A stretch of DNA of 64,000 bases from assembly GCA_016715465.1 (NCBI GenBank), contig JADKAA010000027.1:1548-65547 (forward strand), given 5' to 3'. The notes under the pieces were generated by a model. That model worked only from the letters and a program-made list of their open reading frames with translations, made no database searches and was not told the DNA's origin. Positions 21,875 through 32,400 of this stretch are shown in pieces. This DNA comes from Saprospiraceae bacterium (GTDB taxonomy: Bacteria; Bacteroidota; Bacteroidia; Chitinophagales; Saprospiraceae). Each line of letters begins with the position of its first letter. Position 1 is the first letter of the stretch. A program made the position numbers and the translations under genes.

Positions 21875-24800
21875 ATGGCATTAAGTTTTATAAAATCAAG
21901 CGGCAATATTATTACAGAAGACTTTTGTATGGCGCTGGCCAGCGAAACAAAGGCCGACTATGTAAAAGATAAAAGCTTCGGCACGGACATGAAAAAAGTA
22001 GATGAAGTAATAGCATCAACTTTTGAAAAACTCCGGGAACGATGGGAAGAAAACAGGCTTAATATTATTGATAATAAATTCGACAATTCAGAACTAAGAA
22101 ACAAATGGATTATACCCTTCCTCAAATCATTGGGGTATGCACCAAAACATATCGGCTCTGTTAGCAGTAAATCGGACATTGAATACCATATACCCTATAA
22201 GGGCTGGGATAGTGAGTATGCACCGGTAGTTCACATGGTAAACTCCGCACAGGATTTTGACACTAAGGACAAGCACAGCATTGCCCACAGTAAAAAAAGC
22301 CCACAGGATTATCTGCAACAGTTTCTCAACACCACCCACCACCAATGGGCCATTTTAATCAATGGAAAAAAAGTACGGCTGTTGCGTGATTTCTACCATT
22401 CTATTACCAAAGGTTTTCTGGAATTTGACCTGGAAAGCATTTTTGAAACAGCCAATACAGAGCAGTTCCGGGTGTTGTTTAGAATTTTACATCGTTCAAG
22501 AATAGAGAATCAATACCAGGGTGAGCAGGTAACAGAATACGATGAAGAAGGAAACCCCATTGAAGTAGAAGACAATTGTTTACTGGAAAGCTTTCATAAA
22601 AAATCAAAAGAAACAGGTGTAAAGGTTGGCAACAAACTGCGTGACCAGGTAATTGAAGCCATCGAAAAGCTGGGCAATGGTTTTGCAGAAAATCTTAATC
22701 CCGATGAATTTCAAAATGGGAAAGTAAAAGGTTTTTACGGCGAAATCCTGAACATCATCTATCGCCTGCTCTTCCTCATGTTTGCCGAGCAGAAAGGCTG
22801 GTTGCCTGTCCGCAACAGTATTTATGCCCGAACCTACAGCTTAAATGCGTTAAGAGAAATGGCGGAGAAAGGCAATTACAGCCACGATGAAGAACATGAT
22901 TTATGGGAAGGCTTAAAAATCACTTTCAAATTGGTAGCCAATGGCTATGAATTTAATAACGGGGATAAAATAAATGCTTTTGGCGGTCAATTATTTTCCG
23001 ACAAGAAAATTGCTGTCATTAAAGACCTATCGCTAAAAAATAAGTTTTTACTGGATGCCATTTACCGCCTCAGTTATTTTAAGCTGGACAACCTGAGCAA
23101 CCGCATCAATTACGCTAACCTGGCTATTGATGAATTGGGCTCGGTGTATGAAAGCTTGCTCGACTATGAACCCAAACTGGCAAAGGAAAACTTTACGCTG
23201 GGTAAACGGGAAATTAAGAGAGGAGAATTTTACTTAGACGACAGGGGAACCGACCGTAAAACCACCGGCTCTTATTACACCGATAGCCGGCTGGTGGCAC
23301 AGTTGATCGAATCTGCCTTAGTGCCGGTAATAGAGAATGCGCTAAAAGATAAAACTACACAGGCTGAAAAAGAAGAAGCACTACTCAACTTAAAGGTAGC
23401 CGATATTGCCTGCGGCAGTGGGGCCTTTATTTGTGCGGCGCTGGAAAAGCTGGGTGAAACACTTGCCTTAATACGCATGGGCGACGAAGAACGCCCCACC
23501 GAAGACCAGCTAAGGGAAGCCAAACGGGATATACTGTTGCATTGCATTTACGGTGTGGATTTAAACCCCATGGCTTTGGAACTGGCAAAATTCTCTTTAT
23601 GGATTACCGCCTCCCTGCCTGATATGCCGCTGACCTTTTTAGACCACAAACTGAAATGCGGTAACTCCCTCATTGGAGCTACGCCGGAATTAATTAAGAA
23701 AGGAATACCGGAAGAAGCCTATAAACCTGTTGGTAATGATAACCCTGCTATTTGCACGGAACTGAAAAGGAAAATAAGAAAGCAACTCGAAAACCTGAAT
23801 AAGGTAAATGAACCCCAGGCTCAATACGGCTTACAATTTAAACGCAATGAAACCGATGAATTATTGAGACTGCGGGAAGCCTTGAACAACCGTAAACAGG
23901 AACAGGTAAGCGATGTGGATTTAGCAGAAGAAGAATACCTGCAATTAGAAAAAATGGAACGCCGGTTTAAAGACTGGCTGATGGCTGATGTATGGACTGC
24001 TGCTTTTTTTATAAAGAAAACAGAGACTGATTTATTGTTATATCCTACGAATGCTACACTGGAGCAATTACGGGAAAATGAAAAAGTGAATGAAACGCTG
24101 ATTGAACGGGTTTTGAAAACTGCCGACCAACACAATTTTTTTCATTTTCATTTGGAATTTCCAGAGGTTTTTAACAAAGGAGGATTTGATTGTCTTTTGG
24201 GAAATCCTCCATGGGAAAAAGTGCAGCCCGAAGAAGTTAAATTTTTTAAGGGGAAAGATGACAATATTTCTGTATCAAAAGGTGAGATAAGAAAAAAACT
24301 AATTGAAGCTTTAAAACAAGAAAATAAGCTCCTTTTCTATGAGTGGGAAAAGTATAAAACTGAAATAGAGCTCTTTTCGAAATTTATAAAGGGTTCAAAT
24401 GAATATGAAAGTGTTAAGAAAGGAAATCTTAATACTTACGGAATTTTTACGGTAAAGGGTATTAACATTACAAACAGTAATGCTACATGGGGCTTAATTG
24501 TACAATCAGGATTTGCAACCGATGATACTTACAAGACATTATTCACAAGATGCATTGATGAAAACCTAATTGTAAGTTTATTTGACTATGAGAATAAGAA
24601 CGAATTATTTGATGCCGAACGTAATCTACGGTTTGTTCTAGTCACTTTTTCGAAGTGCAAATCTGATAGAAAGATTAAAATAAAATTTGGTTTACGGCAG
24701 CCGGAGGAAATTCTTCGAAATGATTACTATTTTCTTGAGACAACTGATTTTAAGTTGTTTAATCCTAACACAAATAATTGCCCTGCATTTAATTCACAAA

Positions 24801-25825
24801 AAGATGTTGAAATTACCCGGCGCTTATATAATAGCAATGTGACGATCATAAATGAAACCGATGATGTTGAGATTAGTAATGAATTTCAAATTGATCTTTA
24901 TTGTGAGGCTTTTAATATGACACGGGCGAGCCATTTATTTAAACAATTTGAAACCCTACAAGAGGAAGGCTACCAATTATCCAAGAACCAATTTCATTAT
25001 TCTGACAATATTTATTTGCCTTTATATGAGTCAAAACTTATTTACTTATTGAATTCACGATATGGCTCATTTAAAAACGTTCCTAGAGAAGTTAGATTTA
25101 ACACAAAAGCTCAACCTATATACTCCACTACAGAAGAACTTAAAAAAACTGATTTTTCTATATTTCCGAGATATTGGGTTAATCAATCAGAAGTAGATAA
25201 GGTTTTCGGGAAATGGACTAATAAAAAATGGTTCTATGGATTTAGAAACATTTGTAGAGGCTTAACAGATTACCGCACTGCTATTTTTTCTGTTATACCT
25301 TATTCTGCGGTAGGTAATTCAATTACATTGATTTTTCCTCGGGAAAATGATTACTCAAATTTTTATCTTTTCATTGCAAATTCAGTATCACTTCCGTTTG
25401 ACTACATAGTTCGGCAAAAATTGGGCGGGTCAAATTTAAACTTCTTTGTATTTAAGCAACTGGCAATAGTTCCGCTTGTAAAATATACACAACGAGTGAA
25501 GGATTTAATTCGAAAAAGTATTGTTGAGATTGTTTGTGATAATGAAGATTTACAGCAATTCGGTGAAGAGTATTTTGAAGAAGTCAGGCTTTCTAATTAC
25601 TCCGATATAAATCGGTTCAATCTGTTTTGTTCGCTAGATGCCATCTATGCCCACCTTTACGGCTTGGAGAAGGAGGAAATGGATTATATCCTGGAAACCT
25701 TCCCTATCGTAAAGCGTAAGGATATAGATAAATACGGCAGTTACCGCACTAAAGAAACCATTTTAAGGCTTTATGATGAGTTTGCCTGGGTAAGGGAGGA
25801 GATGAAGGAAGTCGCCAATAAGTGA
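21875..25825 (+). CDS. large Eco57I/PglX-like N6-adenine DNA methyltransferase (DrmMI-like)
   Basis: 1316 aa with SAM motif VADIACGSGAF and catalytic LLGNPPWEK (24203-24214). Confidence 0.85.
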   Translation: MALSFIKSSGNIITEDFCMALASETKADYVKDKSFGTDMKKVDEVIASTFEKLRERWEENRLNIIDNKFDNSELRNKWIIPFLKSLGYAPKHIGSVSSKSDIEYHIPYKGWDSEYAPVVHMVNSAQDFDTKDKHSIAHSKKSPQDYLQQFLNTTHHQWAILINGKKVRLLRDFYHSITKGFLEFDLESIFETANTEQFRVLFRILHRSRIENQYQGEQVTEYDEEGNPIEVEDNCLLESFHKKSKETGVKVGNKLRDQVIEAIEKLGNGFAENLNPDEFQNGKVKGFYGEILNIIYRLLFLMFAEQKGWLPVRNSIYARTYSLNALREMAEKGNYSHDEEHDLWEGLKITFKLVANGYEFNNGDKINAFGGQLFSDKKIAVIKDLSLKNKFLLDAIYRLSYFKLDNLSNRINYANLAIDELGSVYESLLDYEPKLAKENFTLGKREIKRGEFYLDDRGTDRKTTGSYYTDSRLVAQLIESALVPVIENALKDKTTQAEKEEALLNLKVADIACGSGAFICAALEKLGETLALIRMGDEERPTEDQLREAKRDILLHCIYGVDLNPMALELAKFSLWITASLPDMPLTFLDHKLKCGNSLIGATPELIKKGIPEEAYKPVGNDNPAICTELKRKIRKQLENLNKVNEPQAQYGLQFKRNETDELLRLREALNNRKQEQVSDVDLAEEEYLQLEKMERRFKDWLMADVWTAAFFIKKTETDLLLYPTNATLEQLRENEKVNETLIERVLKTADQHNFFHFHLEFPEVFNKGGFDCLLGNPPWEKVQPEEVKFFKGKDDNISVSKGEIRKKLIEALKQENKLLFYEWEKYKTEIELFSKFIKGSNEYESVKKGNLNTYGIFTVKGINITNSNATWGLIVQSGFATDDTYKTLFTRCIDENLIVSLFDYENKNELFDAERNLRFVLVTFSKCKSDRKIKIKFGLRQPEEILRNDYYFLETTDFKLFNPNTNNCPAFNSQKDVEITRRLYNSNVTIINETDDVEISNEFQIDLYCEAFNMTRASHLFKQFETLQEEGYQLSKNQFHYSDNIYLPLYESKLIYLLNSRYGSFKNVPREVRFNTKAQPIYSTTEELKKTDFSIFPRYWVNQSEVDKVFGKWTNKKWFYGFRNICRGLTDYRTAIFSVIPYSAVGNSITLIFPRENDYSNFYLFIANSVSLPFDYIVRQKLGGSNLNFFVFKQLAIVPLVKYTQRVKDLIRKSIVEIVCDNEDLQQFGEEYFEEVRLSNYSDINRFNLFCSLDAIYAHLYGLEKEEMDYILETFPIVKRKDIDKYGSYRTKETILRLYDEFAWVREEMKEVANK

Positions 25826-25908
25826 TTTTATCACTTAAAAAGCTAAAAAATCCCATATAATTTGTATTTTTTCTCATTTTATTCTATTTTGCGTGAAAAT
25901 ATCACGCA

Positions 25909-27221
25909 ATGCTCATAAGATTCCTCGTCAAGAACCTGTTTTCCTTTAAGGAGCTCACAGAGTTTAACATGCTTCCCGGCAGGTTTAACCGTATGCCTTA
26001 CCATGTGTATGAGGCCGATGGCATTTCGCTGCTTAAACTTAATGCCATGTATGGGGCCAACGGGGCGGGCAAAAGCAATCTTATTAAGGCATTGGCTTTA
26101 TTGGGCCAGTTTGTAGAAACCGGTAATCTTCCTATTGAGCTTTTGATTGAAACCTTCAAGTTCGATAAAGAAAGCCGCAAAAAGGATGTGTACCTCGGTG
26201 TGGAATTTATCAAAGATGAAGTTCCTTTTTATTATGGCATTACCGTTAACCAGGGCATTATTGTAGAAGAGGAACTGCAATTCAGTGGCGTCGGTAAAAA
26301 AGAAGACTACATATTGTTTACCAGAACTGACAAGCCCGATGATAAAGAGCTTCAATTGACCTTTTGTAAAGAGGTAATGGAAGACAAAGAAGCATCTGTT
26401 TTCCCTTTCTTTTTAAAAAATGAAATATTGGAAAGAAACAAGCCTGTATTGTTTCACATGGCCAGCCGCAAGAATAAGGTCTTCGATAATTTCAAAAAAG
26501 CCTTGCAGTGGTTCACACATGATTTAGTTCCAGTAATGCCCAATGCAAGGCCAACGGGTTTAACCATACACCTGGAAGAGGATGCTGGTTTTTATCAATT
26601 TGCATCACAGGTAATGCAGTCGTTCAATACGGGTATTAAAAGCATAAATGTGGATACCATTCCCATTGAAGATTTTTTTGGAGAGGATGATAAGCAGCAA
26701 GCAGAACGCATAACCGCAGAGTTAAAGGCAAATCCCGATAAAATAAGGCCATTCTTAACCGCACATGAAGAAATATTGTTTGTGTTACGGCAAAACAAAG
26801 TGGTGGCAAAGCGGCTGTATTTTTTGCATGATACAGATGGTGGCGAAGCAAAATTTACTGCTGCTGAAGAATCAGATGGCACAAGGCGCTTGCTGGATTA
26901 TTTACCTGCCTTTTATGCAGCCATCAAATCAAAACGGGTGTACCTGGTAGATGAAATAGAAAGAAGCATTCATCCGCTGTTGATTAAAGAACTCATCAAT
27001 AAATTTTCGCATGATGAAAAAACGCATGGGCAATTAATATTCTCCACCCACGAATCAAACTTATTGGATCAAGATATTTTCCGGCCCGATGAAATCTGGT
27101 TTGCCGAGAAGAATAAAGAAGGTGCTACGGAAATATATGCATTAAGTGAGTTTAAAGAACACCACACCATTGACATCAGAAAGGCTACCTGAATGGTCGC
27201 TATGGAGGCATCCCTTTTTAG
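25909..27221 (+). CDS. AAA_15/21-type ATPase (AbiLi/RloA-like); last ~12 codons shifted by an indel
   Basis: Walker A GANGAGKSNL, Walker B VYLVDEIERSIHP and STHESNLLD. The family-typical end GYLNGRYGGIPF is in another frame after 27180. Confidence 0.75.
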
Positions 27222-27250
27222 GGAATTTAAAGACTTAAACTGGGAGAAAT

Positions 27251-27898
27251 ATGCCGAAGCCAACTAAGTTCACCTACGAAAAGAAAGCACCCTTCAGGGA
27301 TGCCTTTCTTTTTATTATTGTTTGCGAAGGCACCAACCGGGAGCCTGACTACTTCCGTTTTTTTGATGGCATGTCGTCCAGAGTAAAGGTAGTTCCGCTG
27401 CAAAGTGTTGGTGGCAGTGCCCCCAATCAATTGGTTGGAGTGGCCTTAGCTGCTGAACAGGAATTATCAGTAGACCCTGCGGTTGATAGGTTGTGGTTTG
27501 TAATTGATACCGACAGATGGCGTAATCATTTACATACCATCAGGCAGCAGTGTGCTCAACATCCTAATTGGCAGGTTGCACAAAGCAATCCCTGTTTTGA
27601 AGTATGGCTTTATTTCCATGCAAAGGCACAGCTGCCAGTATTGGCCAATATTGGGCAATGCAACAACTGGAAGCCTCACCTGCCAACTGTTATTCAGGGC
27701 GGGTTTAACCCGGATTTTCATCCTATTGCCATTGAAACGGCCACGGTAAATGCCAAGGCAGCTTACCAGGCAACGGGTTATTTTCCAGATGCCGGCAGCA
27801 CCCAGCTTTGGGAATTAGGGGAGGAATTGATTCCATTGATTAAAAAGGAGTTGGATGTTTTAAAACATAGGTTTCCGGCACCTGTGGTGATTGGATAG
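27251..27898 (+). CDS. RloB-like protein (AbiLii-like)
   Basis: 215 aa. The N-terminal FLFIIVCEGTNREPDYFRFF matches the RloB hallmark (ivCEGekTEpnYF). Confidence 0.7.
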   Translation: MPKPTKFTYEKKAPFRDAFLFIIVCEGTNREPDYFRFFDGMSSRVKVVPLQSVGGSAPNQLVGVALAAEQELSVDPAVDRLWFVIDTDRWRNHLHTIRQQCAQHPNWQVAQSNPCFEVWLYFHAKAQLPVLANIGQCNNWKPHLPTVIQGGFNPDFHPIAIETATVNAKAAYQATGYFPDAGSTQLWELGEELIPLIKKELDVLKHRFPAPVVIG

Positions 27899-28023
27899 CT
27901 TATTGACCTTAGATCACCTTATTTAGGACACTTGTCTTTTCTTAGACATATTTAAGCAAACTATTGATATTGAGGCTGTTATTTTTTCATGTAAGTTAGA
28001 CAGAAACCTATATTTTGTCAATA

Positions 28024-28070
28024 ATTCGTATTTTAATAGCATAATGTACAATATTCGTATTTTAATACGA
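28024..28070. promoter_or_regulatory. operator-like repeats upstream of the SatD-like gene
   Basis: The 15-mer attcgtattttaata occurs at 28024-28038 and 28053-28067. The second copy contains a perfect palindrome, tcgtatt-tt-aatacga (28055-28070). Confidence 0.4.
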
Positions 28071-28139
28071 TATTTTTGAATTATCTACTTTTTAGCGATA
28101 AATTGTATAATTCGCCAAAAAGAACTATATCTTTAATGT

Positions 28140-28787
28140 ATGATAGTTCTGGGTGCCGTTATTACAGCCGATATTGTTAACTCAACAGCCATGGGCAGCA
28201 AAGCTGCCGGAGAGCTTCGTTCCATTCTGGAGCAGCTGATCAATGCCAACCAAGCAAAATTCCTTTCTTTTTACCGGGGCGACAGTTTCCAAAGCTACCT
28301 GGTGGACCCTTACCCGGCTTACAAGCTGGCCCTCCGCCTTCGTACAGCTGCCCGGATTTTCGAAAATCAGCTTCCGGACATAAAGACCGACCTTAAAATT
28401 TCTATTGGCATCGGCAGCATCGAAACACCGGTAACACAGATAAAAACAGCACAGGGGGAAGCATTTCTGCTATCGGGCAGGGGACTGGATGAACTGGAGA
28501 AAACGGGACGCAGGTTAATTATCCGCTGCGGGGATGAAAAGGTAAACACAACACTGGAAACCATCAGCCTGTTTACCGACTACCTCTTTGACGCCTTAAC
28601 TTATAAACAGGCGGAAGTGTTGCAGCATTTGCTGAACAACCGCACTCAAATAGAAACAGCTAAAGTGTTGGATAAATCCCAGTCAACTGTAAACAGGCAT
28701 GTACAGTCGCTTGGGTGGAAACAGATGGAGGAGTTGCTGAGGCTGTATAACCAAAGCATACAACAAACCACCCCCATAAATGGATAA
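28140..28787 (+). CDS. SatD-family protein: nucleotidyl-cyclase-like N-domain plus C-terminal sigma70-r4/LuxR-like HTH
   Basis: VITADIVNSTAM ... FYRGDSFQ resembles the two metal-Asp motifs of class III cyclases. LTYKQAEVLQHLLNNRTQIETAKVLDKSQSTVNRHV is an HTH. Confidence 0.6.
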   Translation: MIVLGAVITADIVNSTAMGSKAAGELRSILEQLINANQAKFLSFYRGDSFQSYLVDPYPAYKLALRLRTAARIFENQLPDIKTDLKISIGIGSIETPVTQIKTAQGEAFLLSGRGLDELEKTGRRLIIRCGDEKVNTTLETISLFTDYLFDALTYKQAEVLQHLLNNRTQIETAKVLDKSQSTVNRHVQSLGWKQMEELLRLYNQSIQQTTPING

Positions 28788-29487
28788 TGCAATCATTTGG
28801 CTCATCCGGCTGCTGGCCGCACATTTAGTTACCGACTTTGTACTGCAACCCACCAGCTGGGTAGAGGCAAGAAGAACAGCCCACCATAAGGCAAAACAAT
28901 TTTGGTATCACATTTTACTTACTGCACTGGTAGCCGGATGGTTCACCTGTTTCGACACCTGGTGGGTGCCGCTGGTAATACTTGTCAGTCATGGCCTCAT
29001 TGACTGGTGGAAGAGTTATCGGGAAAACAACGTATTGTATTTTGCCATTGACCAGCTGCTCCACTTGCTGGTGATATTTATTATATGGTGGGTCAAATTT
29101 CCTGAAGTTATATCCCTGAAACAGGTGTTCCAGGCTTGTATGGTTGATGAAAAAATATGGGTGGTGGGTATTGCATTGGTATTCCTCACAAGCCCTGTCG
29201 GTATTCTTATCGGTATGATTACAAAATCATTCAGAGACCAGATACCAAACCATAATGAACAAAGTTTGGAAAATGCAGGTGCGTGGATAGGTATTTTGGA
29301 AAGGCTGATCATTTTCTTTTTGGTATTGATTAGTCAATACGAAGCCATCGGCTTATTGGTAGCAGCAAAATCTATCATTCGTTTAAAAGAAGGTGAGCAA
29401 AAAATGAGTGAATATGTATTGGTAGGTACGCTTATCAGTATATCCGTAGCCCTGCTTACAGGCTATATTGTTTCAAAGTCTATTTAG
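28780..29487 (+). CDS. DUF3307-like polytopic membrane protein
   Basis: 235 aa with about 6-7 TM spans and conserved-looking AHLVTDFVLQ and SHGLIDWW. Overlaps the SatD-like gene by 8 nt. Confidence 0.55.
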   Translation: MDNAIIWLIRLLAAHLVTDFVLQPTSWVEARRTAHHKAKQFWYHILLTALVAGWFTCFDTWWVPLVILVSHGLIDWWKSYRENNVLYFAIDQLLHLLVIFIIWWVKFPEVISLKQVFQACMVDEKIWVVGIALVFLTSPVGILIGMITKSFRDQIPNHNEQSLENAGAWIGILERLIIFFLVLISQYEAIGLLVAAKSIIRLKEGEQKMSEYVLVGTLISISVALLTGYIVSKSI

Positions 29488-29492
29488 TTATT

Positions 29493-32400
29493 ATGGATCC
29501 ATTCAAGATATACCAGGAGGTAAAAGATCAGTATTATTCTTTTATCAAAACCTTCCAGGTTTTTAAGAATAAAGAAATTGAGGCCTTTGTTGCAAACGCC
29601 GTGGCCAACAGGCAAATGCTGTGGCAGGAACCTATTATCCAGATTACTAAGCGCTTTAAAAGCGGGTTGACTATAAAGGAACTGATTGCCAAAAAATTGT
29701 TGCATCCGGCAACAGAATCCATTTTTAAAATTGATCCCTATTCACATCAGGAAAAAGCAGTAGACATAACCTGCGGTAAAGAACAAAACCTGGTTGTAAC
29801 CACCGGAACAGGTTCGGGTAAATCGTTGACTTTTGAATTACCGGTAGTAAATTATTGCTTGCATGCAAAGGATAAAGGACTGACGGGCATCAAAGCCATT
29901 GTTATTTACCCCATGAATGCGTTGGCAAACTCTCAATACCAGGAACTGGCTAATAAACTGGAAGGTACTGGGTTAAAGATTGGCCTTTATACAGGCGATA
30001 CAGAGGAAGAGGGAGGAGCTGCTTTAACGGCGTATAAAAAAATATTTGGTGACGATGCAGTTCCGAAAGACTCAGAAATTATAGACCGCCAGCAATTAAG
30101 AAGAACGCCACCTGATATTTTGATCACCAACTATGTTCAGTTGGAGTTAATGTTGACAAGAATACAGGACAACAGCTTGTTTAGTGAAGGAAAGAAAGAA
30201 AACCTGCGTTTCCTGGTATTGGATGAAATACATACTTATAGCGGTAAGCAGGGAGCAGATGTAGCTTTTCTCATTCGGCGATTAAAGCAGAAGACTAATA
30301 CAAAAGGTAAATTGTTATGCATTGGCACTTCTGCTACCATGGTAAGCGATAAAGCTGATGGCAAGTCAAGTGAAGCCGTTTCCGGCTTTGCTTCGAGATT
30401 ATTTGGAGAAGAATTTCTTCCCGAAAATGTTGTCACAGAAGAAGAAGACAAATCAGTTTGGTTTGATGGAAAACGACTTAGCGATAGGATAACAATTACG
30501 GAAGAGGAGTTGAACGCTTTTGACTTACAAAACACACAAACCGCCTTGCCCTTATTTAAGGCAATAATGGGCTTTGAGTATAACGGTGAGTTAAGCAGAA
30601 GAGGACTGGGGGAATCATTAAAAGATTCGCTGTTGTTATCATTTCTCGAACGGTCTTTGAAGGAAGTAAAGGATTTAGGAACCCTTATCCAGGAATATCA
30701 GCAGGGTTATCGTAGTAATGAAACAAAAGATAAATGCCGGATAGAAATTCATGCAGGGCTATTACTCGGTATGGCAGGCACCGTAATATCAGGAATGGGA
30801 AGAGAAGTGCCAAGGTTTGTACCCAAAGTTCATGCATTTTACAATCAGGGCTCAGAACTGAAAGGTTGTTTGATAGATGGATGTGGCTACCTGAGTGATA
30901 CCGGGGAAACTACCTGCCCTAAATGCGAAGAAGAAGGGAGGCCAGAGGCAACCTTATATCCTTTGCACTTTTGCAGAACCTGTGGCCAGGAGTATTACGG
31001 AATGACTTATGATAAAGACAACGGTAAAACAACACCCTGGAGTTTTAACGATGATAAATCCAAAGGGATTGCCGGGTACTATTCCAAAGAACATAAAGAA
31101 ACATCAACCGACCTTCCTGAAAATTGGCTTACTCCCAAGAAACGAGAATTAAAGAGCCAGTATAAAGATAGAAAACCATTATTAGGCAAATTGGATTCTA
31201 CAGAAAACAGGTTTACACCTTATTTTGAAGACGAAGAAGAGCGGGGAACATTGGTTCCGCAACCATTACCCTATTGTTTAAATTGCCGTACTTATCATTC
31301 AGGCGCATCAACGGAATATTCAAAGCTCTTCCAGCTCAATTCAGTAGGCAGGGCAACCGGTACAGACGTTATTGTAAGTGCTTCATTAAATGCCTCACCC
31401 AAGTTAGAAAGAAAAGTAATTGGGTTTACCGATAACCGGCAGGATGCCGCATTTCAGGCTGGGCATATGGATCACTGGTATAACCAGATATATTTCCGCA
31501 GGGCATTGTATAACATCTTAAAGGATCAGCAGGATTACATTCCGGTTAATGAACTTCCCAAGTTGCTATATCCGCTAATCATTCATGACGAGTCTAATAT
31601 CCCATTTGTCCAGAGAAGAATTTTCAAAAATAAATTTCTGGAATACCTTGAAACATACCTGTATGTAGAAATACGGGGAACCAAACGATTCATATCAATT
31701 AACCTGGAGGATGTTGGCTTATTAGAAGTCGGATATGAACAATTGGCGGAAGCCATCAACCAGCCTGAAATTGAAAAATTTGACTTCTTAAAGCACATAT
31801 CAAAGCCATTGTTGCATGACTATGTCAAAGGTTTTCTTGAAATATTCCGGAGAGAAATGGCTATCGGTCATTCTAACTTAATTGACAGGGCAACTTTCAA
31901 ACAGCAAACAATTAATGTTATTCAAAACTATGCTCCCGAAAAGCGAATATTTGAAGCGGTAGAGGATACAAATGTGGGGGTATTTACAAATGCTGATAAA
32001 GACACATTTAGATTTAGTGATTTCACCTTCCATGCGTTGGATAATTCAAGGGCATTAACTACATGGATAAAAAAGTGCTTTGAGCTTGAGCACTCACAAC
32101 AAATTGTTTCCTTAATTCAGGAAACAATTTCCTTCCTGAAGCAGATTGGATATATCACCTTACAACGGTTTAAGGGACATGACATATACTACCTTGACCC
32201 GGTAATGATTTTAGTGAAAGCTCCTAAACAGGAATTTAAAAAAGAGTGTAAAAAATGCGGTTCAAAATACAATTGGAATGAAGTAAACTACTGTCTTAAA
32301 TCAACTTGTAAAGGAACACTGGAAGAAGCAAAGCTGGAAGAGAATTATTACTACCATCAATACACCTTGCCTTTTGATGGTTCAGAGAATATTGTTTCGG

